The notes below the pieces were generated by a model, which was given only the letters and a program-made list of their open reading frames with translations, had not been told where the DNA came from and did no database searches. Shown here piece after piece: positions 21,343 to 29,557 of a DNA stretch of 64,000 bases (positions are counted from its first letter, which is position 1; each line of letters starts with the position of its first letter). Position numbers and translations under genes: made by a program. Location of the stretch: contig CAWDVW010000005.1 of NCBI GenBank assembly GCA_963805855.1, forward strand, positions 288,001 through 352,000, in the 5' to 3' direction. The DNA comes from Candidatus Dadabacteria bacterium (GTDB lineage Bacteria; Desulfobacterota_D; UBA1144; Nemesobacterales; CSP1-2).

Positions 21343-22887
21343 TCAGACATTTAAGGCCGGAAGCAGTAGGATTCGAGGCAAGCGAGGCACTAGACCACGA
21401 TTCAGAGGCACAGGCACTTCGCGGACCTCGACGATCATGAAACCCTGTCTTAGCGCTCGGGCTTTGTAAATATGGGAAAGAAATGTCGGAAAACCCGCTC
21501 TAAACTCATAACTGCCCCGCGGCAATGCTGCCAAACGTAGCCCCAGGGTTTTAATGGCGAGAAACCTCTGCGGACCATAAAACTCTATGAATCGCCCCAC
21601 CTGGCAGAAAACAAGACAATCGGAATTAGCTTTACGTATCAATTGCCAGTACTGAGAATTAAACGTGCGAGCTCGCAAGATACCACGATCATTCCATCGC
21701 TTCTCAATTAACCAACCGGACCGCTGGAAAAGAGCCGAAAGCCACCCGTGCCGCTTCCACGTCTCTTCCCATTGCCTGAGTCCTAAACCATGTTGCAGGT
21801 GACCGGCATAGGAGGCCAATACCGAATTCAATCTCTTTACACTGCCGTTTTTGTCGTGCCGACTGAGATCGATGCATTTAGCTTTTCCGTGCCAGGCTGG
21901 CTCGACTACCGAGCGCTCAAACGCACCCAAACGCTTCTTTAGATTTCCCAATGTACGCCGACGTGGCAGGCGTCGATTCCACCAGGTCTTCCACCCGACA
22001 AAATCGATGCCATTCCCAACCGAAAATGGAGTAGATATGTCGCTCCGAATCTCAAGCTTTAACCCCTCATGTAGGAAAATCGCAATAGATTTGGCCCAAT
22101 CAGCTAATAACTCCCTGTCTTGTGCCAGCAAAATCATGTCGTCCACGTAACGCAGGTAATATTTGCTCTTAAGAGTCCGCTTCATAAACTGATCGAGTTC
22201 ATTCAGAAATACATTTCCCCAGAATTGACTAGTGAGATTACCGATAGGAAGCCCTCGCTCGTTCTGTCTTCCGAAAAGGCTCTTGTGAGGTGGTACTGGG
22301 TAGCCAGGAGTCCCGGGCGCGCCCACGTCTTTTCTAAGTGACTTAAAGCGGTAGTTAGTCGTTGGGTCATGAAATAGAAGAATACCAGTAAGCCAGAGCA
22401 ACTCAGGATTGGTGATGTTGCGGGAAATTATTTGGAACAGCGTTTCTTTGTGGATTGATGGGAAAAAATTAGCCACATCAAGCTTCAAGGCCCATGCCGG
22501 CCGCTTTCCATTGGCCGTTATTTTTCTGAGAAAGAGCATCAGCCTGTCGCTCGCGGCCAGGCTTCCCTTCCCTTTTCGGCACGCATACGAGTCATGGATG
22601 AAACGAAACTCGAATATTCGCTCCTGGTGAGAAACAAGGAGGTGATGCACCACGCGGTCTCGAAAATCGGCGGCAAATACCTCACGCGGCTTCGGACCGT
22701 CGGTGATGAAGCAGATAGAACGCCCCGGCTTGTAAGTGTGATCCCGTAGCTCTTTACTTAAAGCGAGAAGGTTTGCCTCGGCGTTTATCTCGAAGGTGAG
22801 GGCATTGGCTGTATTGCGCTTGTTGCGGCGGCACTGGCGGTAGCACCGCCACAAAGCGCTGAAGGAATAGACGTCAGGTCCTATCAC
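21343..22887 (-). CDS. DGR reverse transcriptase with C-terminal MutS-I-like domain
   Basis: PKPREVFAADFRDRVVHH, FIHDSYACRKGKG, LKLDVANFFPSI, GLPIGNLTSQ (DGR-type SQ motif), YLRYVDD and IDFVG. The C-terminal QYWQL...LVFCQVGRFIEFYG...AGFP resembles MutS domain I. Confidence 0.95.
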   Translation of the reverse strand: MIGPDVYSFSALWRCYRQCRRNKRNTANALTFEINAEANLLALSKELRDHTYKPGRSICFITDGPKPREVFAADFRDRVVHHLLVSHQERIFEFRFIHDSYACRKGKGSLAASDRLMLFLRKITANGKRPAWALKLDVANFFPSIHKETLFQIISRNITNPELLWLTGILLFHDPTTNYRFKSLRKDVGAPGTPGYPVPPHKSLFGRQNERGLPIGNLTSQFWGNVFLNELDQFMKRTLKSKYYLRYVDDMILLAQDRELLADWAKSIAIFLHEGLKLEIRSDISTPFSVGNGIDFVGWKTWWNRRLPRRRTLGNLKKRLGAFERSVVEPAWHGKAKCIDLSRHDKNGSVKRLNSVLASYAGHLQHGLGLRQWEETWKRHGWLSALFQRSGWLIEKRWNDRGILRARTFNSQYWQLIRKANSDCLVFCQVGRFIEFYGPQRFLAIKTLGLRLAALPRGSYEFRAGFPTFLSHIYKARALRQGFMIVEVREVPVPLNRGLVPRLPRILLLPALNV

Positions 22888-23020
22888 GAGCCACCACGAA
22901 CTGGAAGTACGAAGTTGTTGTTGGTCTTATTGTTGTTGTTCACGTTGCCATTGTTGAAATTGACGTTCCATGCGTTGTTCGGGTTGTTGGCGTTTGTAGT
23001 AGACGACCAGTAGTTGGATG
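22884..23020 (-). ncRNA. DGR template repeat (TR)
   Basis: AAC/AAT-rich copy of the target 3' end (reads SNYWSSTTNANNPNNAWNVNFNNGNVNNNNKTNNNFVLPVRGGS*); aligns to 23871-24010. Confidence 0.95.
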
Positions 23021-23182
23021 CGGCACATACCCTCTCCGCTTGTTCCTGCACACTTTCAGTAAAACTATGCACAGACCCGGGTAACTGACTCCGGTCCATA
23101 GGGAGAAAGATACCCTTGTGCCTAGGCTCCGCCACGGAGCTTTGGCGTTCGCCTGACCTCAGGCGGGAGAGGGACCTCGTGA

Positions 23183-23581
23183 TCACGGCGCGCTCGACCC
23201 GGCTAGCCCTGTTGGCATTGCCTGCCGATCCTGGCCATGGCCCTGACGTTTCAACCAACCTTCATTCTGCTTCGCTATCTCAGTCACTAAACTAATTGCG
23301 TGCTCGAAAGAATTGAAGTTCGGAAATGCCTTCACATCGTGGCACAGCCGAAGCAAGACCTTAAGCTCTTCCAGCACTTCTCTCAATTCTAAAAGGGTCT
23401 GTTCCTTGTCGCGGCGGGAATTTGCCCTCACGACGAGCTTTAAGACCTCCCTTGCACCGTTTCTAAGATCTGCCCCTATCGAATACTTGTGGTAGCGAGA
23501 GAAATTGCGAATTACCTGCTCAAAGTAGAGACATAGATCATATGCACTCTTGTAAATTGGTAAATGCTCTGTTTGAGCCAT
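23183..23581 (-). CDS. avd: DGR accessory variability determinant (Avd, four-helix bundle)
   Basis: HLPIYKSAYDL...NFSRYHKYSIGADLR...LEELKVLLRLCHD...EIAKQNEGW; located immediately upstream of TR and RT. Confidence 0.9.
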   Translation of the reverse strand: MAQTEHLPIYKSAYDLCLYFEQVIRNFSRYHKYSIGADLRNGAREVLKLVVRANSRRDKEQTLLELREVLEELKVLLRLCHDVKAFPNFNSFEHAISLVTEIAKQNEGWLKRQGHGQDRQAMPTGLAGSSAP

Positions 23582-23800
23582 TAGATCCTCTCCGGAGATT
23601 ATCCTTCAATCGATCATAAATTGAGTCGCACTGATAAATTCGTGCCTACAATGCTCCGACCCTTCCCCGATTTTATCGGGGATTGAGTAAAAATGTAGGG
23701 ACTGATGCCCGCTTCAGTCCGAAAGCTCGTTCGGGGAACGAGCCCTACATTTTCTCATGCTTCGACAAGCCTGAGCAAAGCCGAAGGGCTCAGCATGAAC

Positions 23801-23819
23801 GGGTGGGAAACTCCCACCC
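23801..23819. other. GC-rich hairpin about 50 bp downstream of VR (candidate DGR target-recognition hairpin)
   Basis: GGGTGGGA-AAC-TCCCACCC, a perfect 8-bp inverted repeat. Confidence 0.65.
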
Positions 23820-23832
23820 ACAACCCCACCAA

Positions 23833-23864
23833 GATCAAATTATCAAATTGTCAAATGATCAAAT
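23833..23864. repeat. 4 x 8-bp tandem repeat (nnTCAAAT) immediately 3' of VR
   Basis: GATCAAAT TATCAAAT TGTCAAAT GATCAAAT. Confidence 0.85.
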
Positions 23865-23870
23865 AACCAA

Positions 23871-24010
23871 TCACGAGCCACCACGAACTGGAAGTACGAA
23901 GACGCTGAGGGTGGCCTTAATGCTGAAGCTCACGACGCCAATGACGAAATCGACGACCCACGCGAAGACCGGGCCGTTGGCGACCGTAGTAGACGACCAG
24001 TAGAAGGATG
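23871..24010 (-). repeat. DGR variable repeat (VR), with an invariant 3' segment (candidate IMH)
   Basis: About 30 substitutions versus TR, all at TR adenines, plus one extra codon; the last ~31 nt are identical to TR. Confidence 0.95.
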
Positions 24011-24584
24011 GCTGAAAGTTCATGAATGGGTGGCCAGTCGGCAACGCTGGATTAAAGTTTCCAAGATCAAGCAGGCTCGTCAAGTTCATTCCGGTTCGGC
24101 AAATACCAATCCCCTTCAGCGGAACCATCCATAAGGCCACATTCTCCGCTATTTAGAGTATTCGCATCTGTTAACGCTTGCGCCCACGTGCGAGGCCCGA
24201 AACAGTTCGCGTTCTTTAGCCAAATAAGCCCTGTCAGATTATCTGTGATCGTCCCATCCATGTTATCCATAAACCGCGGGTCCGGTGGCACTGGACTCCC
24301 GCCTGAATATCACCATCGTGCTCCAGTGTTGGCGCAATCTATAACATTTCCACCAGAGTCCAGAAGTAGTCTGACCAGTCTGCGGCACTGGAGCAGGCGG
24401 CTGCGCCTCACACGCTGCAAGATCAGCATCGCACGCTACCGAGGTTATCTTGGCAGATTGCAAGATTGATGCGCTACGAGAGAACAGCCTGGTGGCTGCG
24501 CATGTGCTATACCTCGCCCACGACACCGCTCCCACTAAACCCAAGACAAAATGATATAAATAACATAAGAAATACCTTTTTCAT
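23871..24584 (-). pseudogene. DGR target: secreted DUF1566/Lcl C-type-lectin-like protein with multiple frameshifts
   Basis: Pieces in different frames join into signal peptide MKKVFLMLFISFCLG, PAPVPQTGQT, DSGGNVIDCANTG, DGDIQAGV, PRFMDNMDGTITDNLTGLIWLKNANC...GDWYLPNRNEL and TSLLDLGNFNPALPTGHPF...YWSST...AWVVDF...VLPVRGG. Confidence 0.88.
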
Positions 24585-25142
24585 GGCATTTTACCTCCTC
24601 TGGTTATCATTCATATATTTGAGTCAACTTGTGCTTTAATATAAAATTCCTGTATCGATTAATATCCTCTGCCCCGGTTACGTTAGTATGCAATCCGACT
24701 TGAGCCATGTATAGATTTCACATTTTTACGGAATAAAGTAATGGGATTAGAAAATAAGATAGCTGCGGATAAGTGCTTCAGATTGATACAGCTTGCGGTT
24801 GATAAGGACTCATAAAAAAACAGTTCCCTCAGGCCCCAAGTGGGAATTTGTCGCTGCACCAACTCCACGACTATCCTCCACCGAAAGTTGTATTCAACGT
24901 TACCAGATTCAGCGCTGAAAGATGCAAATAGAAAACAATTTAAGAAAGATAGGGATTGCTCGGGACATGTCCCGCTAAACAAACATCAGTCAGGGGCAAA
25001 TCTAGAATCCACAATAACTGCTTTTAGGAATGTCTGAGATTTTTTCGGATTTCTTCAAGATTGAAATAAGATCCTGAGTCGCAATAACTCCCTGCTTTGG
25101 CAATGAGACGCGAGATTGATGCGTCATCTACCGTAATCGGCG

Positions 25143-25295
25143 TTCCAAAAATTGCGTTAAGAAAATAATGAACGGAGACGTTAAGAAAAATTTGCGGGTT
25201 GTGGCCGGATTAAATTTTTTAGTCGGAGTTCATGATTTTTAGCGAATTTTTGGGGAGCCTTGATTTTTGCTTCTTTGTATCAAGACAAAGAAGTT
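25143..25295. repeat. Dispersed repeat family B copy 2
   Basis: Matches 13006-13158. Confidence 0.88.
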
Positions 25296-25461
25296 AAAAA
25301 GAGAGGTAAGATAATTGAACAAAATACTATTAAGGACTCTTTCCGCGGATTATCTTGCTTTTTCAGCAACAACATGTATAGAGAAACCCTGAAAGGAATG
25401 ATCAAGTTAACGGAAATGATCCCCGCTATGCCGGATTTACCGAAATGATATAATCTTTTAG

Positions 25462-27234
25462 ATGAACCCGATCAAGAATAAAGCGACTGCCGCTTTACTA
25501 TTGTTTCTAATTTCCTTTTTCTTATACTCGCCCTCACTCAGAAACGATTTTGTATGGGATGACATTGAGGTTATTCAAAAGAGCTATCATAGTTTTAAGG
25601 CATCACGTATTAAAGCCATATTATTCCCTGAGGCAAAACAGGACAAAACCCAGCGCTACTATAGACCCATAATATTTGTATCAACGGTCACAGACCATGA
25701 GTTTTGGGGAATAAATCCTTTCGGTTTTCACCTTAGTAATCTCCTGCTCAATTCTATCTCCACAATGCTTCTTTATTTTTTACTGCTTCTCATTTTTGGG
25801 AGATTTTCAGTCGAAGGAAAAGAATCCATATCCTTTTTCACCGCCCTACTCTTCGCGGTCTATCCGATGCATGTAGAATCGGTGTCCTGGATAGCGGGAA
25901 GGACTGATATTCTCTGCGGTATTTTTTTCATACTTGCATTAATCCTTCATATCGAATCCTTTCATACCATTTGGCTTCTGATACTGACGGCACTCAGCTT
26001 TTCCCTTTCTCTACTTTCGAAAGAAGTTGCTTTATCGTTTCCTGTCGTGGTGATTTCGTTCGATCTCTTAACCCGACGGATAAGAAATCGATTCAACATA
26101 TTACGATACACAGTTTACATCTCGCTTGCCCTACTTTACTTATACTTGCGGGGAAGAGCATTCATTAATCCTATAGAATTTACGAATGAAAATATCCGTC
26201 AGATAACCGAAGGTAAATATTATTTTTTCAACATAATTAAAACTTTTAAGGTCCTTTCAAGCTCTCTCTTCTTCTATTTTAGCAAACTTGTTTTCCCATT
26301 CGATTTCAATGCTTTTATTATTTCGGTGCCACATGAATTCTACTACTTCATATTCTCAATAACGACGATTTTACTTTTATTCATCGTCGCCGTGATATCC
26401 ATAAAACAGGGGAAGGGTTTAATTGCCTTCTGTATAATCTGGATATTTGCGACGCTTGCGCCATCGGCCATCGTTTCAGTCACAAGTTTAGCCTCCGCAC
26501 CCCTGGCAGAGAGATACCTGTATATTCCATCAGCCGGTTACTGCATGATTATCGGTTATCTACTATTTGAAGTAGCGAAAAGAATTGGCAAAGAGAATAT
26601 CGCTTTTGCCCTGATCGTAATATTAATTTCAATCTATCTATTTTTTACTCTTCAAAGACAGGAGGTGTGGAAAGACAATTTGTCACTCTGGAAAGACACC
26701 GCATCCAAATCATACTATCATGCACTACCCCATTCGAATTATGGATATGCACTGGAAAAAGCCGGTAGGACTGATGACGCTATAAAGCAATATGAAATCG
26801 CCCTTGATCCAAGTGTCAGAGACTCAAATAGAGGTAGAGCAATCACTGCAACGAATCTGGGAGTCTTATATCTCGATAAAGAAGATTATGCAAATGCCGA
26901 GAGGTGGTTTAGGAAAGCTCTAAAGTATGATCCTACTTACGGAAGACCATATTATCACATGGGTCTTTTACACTATATAAAGGGTGAATTAACAAACTCA
27001 GAGTCAGAATATAGAATAGCGGCAAGATACCTAGAAAAGACCTTTGAGATATATCGGTATTATCCGAAGGCAGATCTACTATTTGCGAAAGTTTACTTCA
27101 ACCTCGGTTACAATGACAAAGCAAAACGGCACGCTAAAAAGGCATTACAAGGCGGTCTGAGCGAAGCTTTATCCAAAGAGGCCATGGAAATCCTAAATAT
27201 AGATGATGATAAGAGTAATCAAAAACCAAATTAA
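25462..27234 (+). CDS. TMTC-like membrane glycosyltransferase (GT-C) with C-terminal TPRs
   Basis: NDFVWDD, YYRP, FHLSNLLL, LFAVYPMHVESVSWIAGRTD, LLSKE, AERYLYIPS and W-x-D-x-x-x-LW motifs, followed by TPR repeats. Confidence 0.85.
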   Translation: MNPIKNKATAALLLFLISFFLYSPSLRNDFVWDDIEVIQKSYHSFKASRIKAILFPEAKQDKTQRYYRPIIFVSTVTDHEFWGINPFGFHLSNLLLNSISTMLLYFLLLLIFGRFSVEGKESISFFTALLFAVYPMHVESVSWIAGRTDILCGIFFILALILHIESFHTIWLLILTALSFSLSLLSKEVALSFPVVVISFDLLTRRIRNRFNILRYTVYISLALLYLYLRGRAFINPIEFTNENIRQITEGKYYFFNIIKTFKVLSSSLFFYFSKLVFPFDFNAFIISVPHEFYYFIFSITTILLLFIVAVISIKQGKGLIAFCIIWIFATLAPSAIVSVTSLASAPLAERYLYIPSAGYCMIIGYLLFEVAKRIGKENIAFALIVILISIYLFFTLQRQEVWKDNLSLWKDTASKSYYHALPHSNYGYALEKAGRTDDAIKQYEIALDPSVRDSNRGRAITATNLGVLYLDKEDYANAERWFRKALKYDPTYGRPYYHMGLLHYIKGELTNSESEYRIAARYLEKTFEIYRYYPKADLLFAKVYFNLGYNDKAKRHAKKALQGGLSEALSKEAMEILNIDDDKSNQKPN

Positions 27235-28050
27235 AACACAAACGAGTAGCCATTTGTCATTGAAAAAGGACTCTGTGGGATCACCCATTTTCAAGGTTTT
27301 TACTAAATACACGTAACGGATGACTCCAAAGCATACGAACGGAATTGTGATCAAAAAGTCCCAACTCCCCCTGCTAAACGAGTAGAGAGAATAGGAAACG
27401 ATCGCAGCTATTCCGAGGAATACCAAAAGCCGATCAAGATGCACCACCTTGTATCTGCCTAGAACCCCCCTTAACTTATTTTCTTCTTGTTGCGACCCAA
27501 GCTCAAAACGCCTCTTTCCAAATGCGAGGAGCAGAGAGAGTATTACGGTCATGATTATGAGCCACGATGAGACATTAACCGAAGAAGCAGCTCCTCCGGC
27601 TTCAACCCTCAGCAAGAAACCGATAGCAATGCTAACGACGTCAACGAACGCGATGTACTGAAGAAATAGCGAGTAAGCCATGTTAAGGAGAAGATAGAGT
27701 ATGAGAAAAAAGATAAACGGCTTACCGAAACTTAGTGAGAGCACGATCGATATGACAAATGTCAAACAGGCCAAAATTATCGCAGATCTCTTACCTAGGG
27801 TATCCGAAGCAATCGGACGAAATTTCTTAGTAGGGTGGGCAATGTCCTCCTGTTTATCGAAAATATCGTTTATTATGTAGACGGTTGAAGAAACGAGAGA
27901 AAAGGCCATGAATGCTTGCACCATCATAAAAAAAAAGTCAAGACGTGAAAATAACACGTCACCAAAAAAGGGAGGAGCAAGAACCAATAGATTCTTTACC
28001 CATTGATGCGTCCTAAGAGCAAGGAGATAGGTTTTAATCGAACCTTTCAT
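27193..28050 (-). CDS. UbiA-family prenyltransferase (decaprenyl-phosphate phosphoribosyltransferase-like)
   Basis: LRTHQWVKNLLV, YIINDIFDKQEDIAHPTKKFRPIAS, GFLLRVEAG, FGKRRFE and GDPTE motifs. Confidence 0.88.
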   Translation of the reverse strand: MKGSIKTYLLALRTHQWVKNLLVLAPPFFGDVLFSRLDFFFMMVQAFMAFSLVSSTVYIINDIFDKQEDIAHPTKKFRPIASDTLGKRSAIILACLTFVISIVLSLSFGKPFIFFLILYLLLNMAYSLFLQYIAFVDVVSIAIGFLLRVEAGGAASSVNVSSWLIIMTVILSLLLAFGKRRFELGSQQEENKLRGVLGRYKVVHLDRLLVFLGIAAIVSYSLYSFSRGSWDFLITIPFVCFGVIRYVYLVKTLKMGDPTESFFNDKWLLVCVLIWFLITLIIIYI

Positions 28051-28116
28051 AGTGGTATCATTCTACTAATTATTTATCCAACGGCAACGATGCCGAACAC
28101 TCTTTGCCGATAACAT

Positions 28117-28800
28117 ATGAATTATTTACTCCAACATAAATTCTTCAAGATAGCCCATCGCGGTGCGAGTGCGTATGAACCCGAAAACACTCTTCGATCA
28201 TTTAAACTGGCGTTTGATATGAAAGCCGATATGATAGAACTCGATGTTAGATTGTCTAAAGACGGACATCTTGTGGTTATTCACGATAGAACTGTTGATA
28301 GGACTACAAACGGACGTGGTTATGTTAAAGATATGACACTCGAGGAACTAAAGAAGCTCGATGCCGGAAAAGGTGAAAAAATACCAACCTTAGAAGAAGT
28401 AATCGAAGTTGGCGTAGAAAAAACGAAATTCGCGATTGAAATAAAGGAGCAAGGAACAGAGGAAAAGGCAATAGGCCTGATAAAAGAATATAAATTGTTA
28501 GATGACGTATTCATCATATCTAAGAACCGGGAGTTCCTCAAAAACGTGAAAACTCTAGAAGGAGCCATAAGAACCTGCCTAATTACGGTTTTTTCCTGTA
28601 CTTCAATAAATTCCGGCAGGGAATCTCTTGCCGATGCCATCGCACCATTTCACTTCTTCATCAGTAAAGGCCTAGTGAAAAAAGTACAGAGAAGCGGTCT
28701 GTTTTTATTTACATGGGTCGTAGACAGCGAAAAAAGGGCTCTATGGATGAAAGATATAGGAATAAATGGAATAGTTACGAATAGACCGGATATCATTTAG
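28117..28800 (+). CDS. Glycerophosphodiester phosphodiesterase
   Basis: IAHRGASAYEPENTL, IELDVRLSKDG, VIHDRTVDRTTNG, IPTLEEV and GIVTNRPD. Confidence 0.93.
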   Translation: MNYLLQHKFFKIAHRGASAYEPENTLRSFKLAFDMKADMIELDVRLSKDGHLVVIHDRTVDRTTNGRGYVKDMTLEELKKLDAGKGEKIPTLEEVIEVGVEKTKFAIEIKEQGTEEKAIGLIKEYKLLDDVFIISKNREFLKNVKTLEGAIRTCLITVFSCTSINSGRESLADAIAPFHFFISKGLVKKVQRSGLFLFTWVVDSEKRALWMKDIGINGIVTNRPDII

Positions 28801-28861
28801 TCTTCCCTTGCCGCCTTGACTTGCATTCCTTTGTTTCTTATTTTTATTCAAAGGATACGAT

Positions 28862-29557
28862 ATGGGGATTCTTAGAGAAATCAAATCGGACTTTAATGCG
28901 GTATTTGAAAGGGATCCAGCTGCAAGAACTAACCTGGAAGTTATATTCACATACTCCGGATTTCAAGCAATATTTTTTCATCGCTTGGCACATTGGCTCT
29001 GGCAAAAAAGAATGAAACTGATTGGCAGATGCTTATCGCATCTTTCTAGATTTACCACGGGTATTGAGATCCATCCCGGCGCTAAAATCGGAAATAGCTT
29101 CTTTATCGACCATGGGATGGGCGTTGTGATAGGAGAGACGTCTGAGATCGGAAACAACGTGACCATATATCATGGAGTTACTCTTGGCGGCACCAGCTTC
29201 ACTAGGGGAAAACGTCATCCAACAATCGAAAATAATGTTACCATCGGCGCAGGAGCAAAAATTTTAGGCCCACTCAAGATTGGGGATAACAGTAAAATCG
29301 GGGCAAACTCCGTCGTAATCAAAGACGTACCGCCCAATACTACGGTCGTCGGAATCCCTGGGAAAATAGTTACAAAGGAAGAATTTCCCGTTTATTCAGG
29401 CCTTGAGCACAATAAATTGCCAGACCCGGAAGCACTCATGTTGCAGTCGCTGGTAGAACAAGTAAACAAACTTGAAAAAAGAATTAAAACTTTAGAAACC
29501 GAACTTAAAGAAACCAAAGAAGAAAACAGAGTCTTAAAGGTTGTCAAAACAAAGTGA
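28862..29557 (+). CDS. cysE: Serine O-acetyltransferase
   Basis: [39 protein letters not shown] and KRHPTI motifs. Confidence 0.96.
   Translation: MGILREIKSDFNAVFERDPAARTNLEVIFTYSGFQAIFFHRLAHWLWQKRMKLIGRCLSHLSRFTTGIEIHPGAKIGNSFFIDHGMGVVIGETSEIGNNVTIYHGVTLGGTSFTRGKRHPTIENNVTIGAGAKILGPLKIGDNSKIGANSVVIKDVPPNTTVVGIPGKIVTKEEFPVYSGLEHNKLPDPEALMLQSLVEQVNKLEKRIKTLETELKETKEENRVLKVVKTK

Larger units (their letters stand above)
21343..24584 (-). mobile_element. Diversity-generating retroelement (target/VR - avd - TR - RT)
   Basis: All core DGR components are present and co-oriented; TR/VR differences are confined to TR adenines. Confidence 0.96.

Noticed and set aside
21343-22887. RT as a group II intron, retron or CRISPR-associated RT
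   Set aside because: It has the DGR-type SQ motif and lies beside avd and a TR/VR pair; no intron maturase/endonuclease domain or cas genes are evident.
22884-23258. 124-aa Asn-rich ORF
   Set aside because: It is the translation of the DGR template repeat plus its leader; the poly-Asn reflects AAC codons in the TR RNA rather than a likely protein.
23183-23581. Four-helix-bundle ORF as a 23S rRNA intervening-sequence protein
   Set aside because: No rRNA context; its position upstream of TR and RT identifies it as Avd.
20113-25300. DGR as part of a prophage
   Set aside because: No phage structural, replication or integrase genes nearby; both flanks are host metabolic genes.
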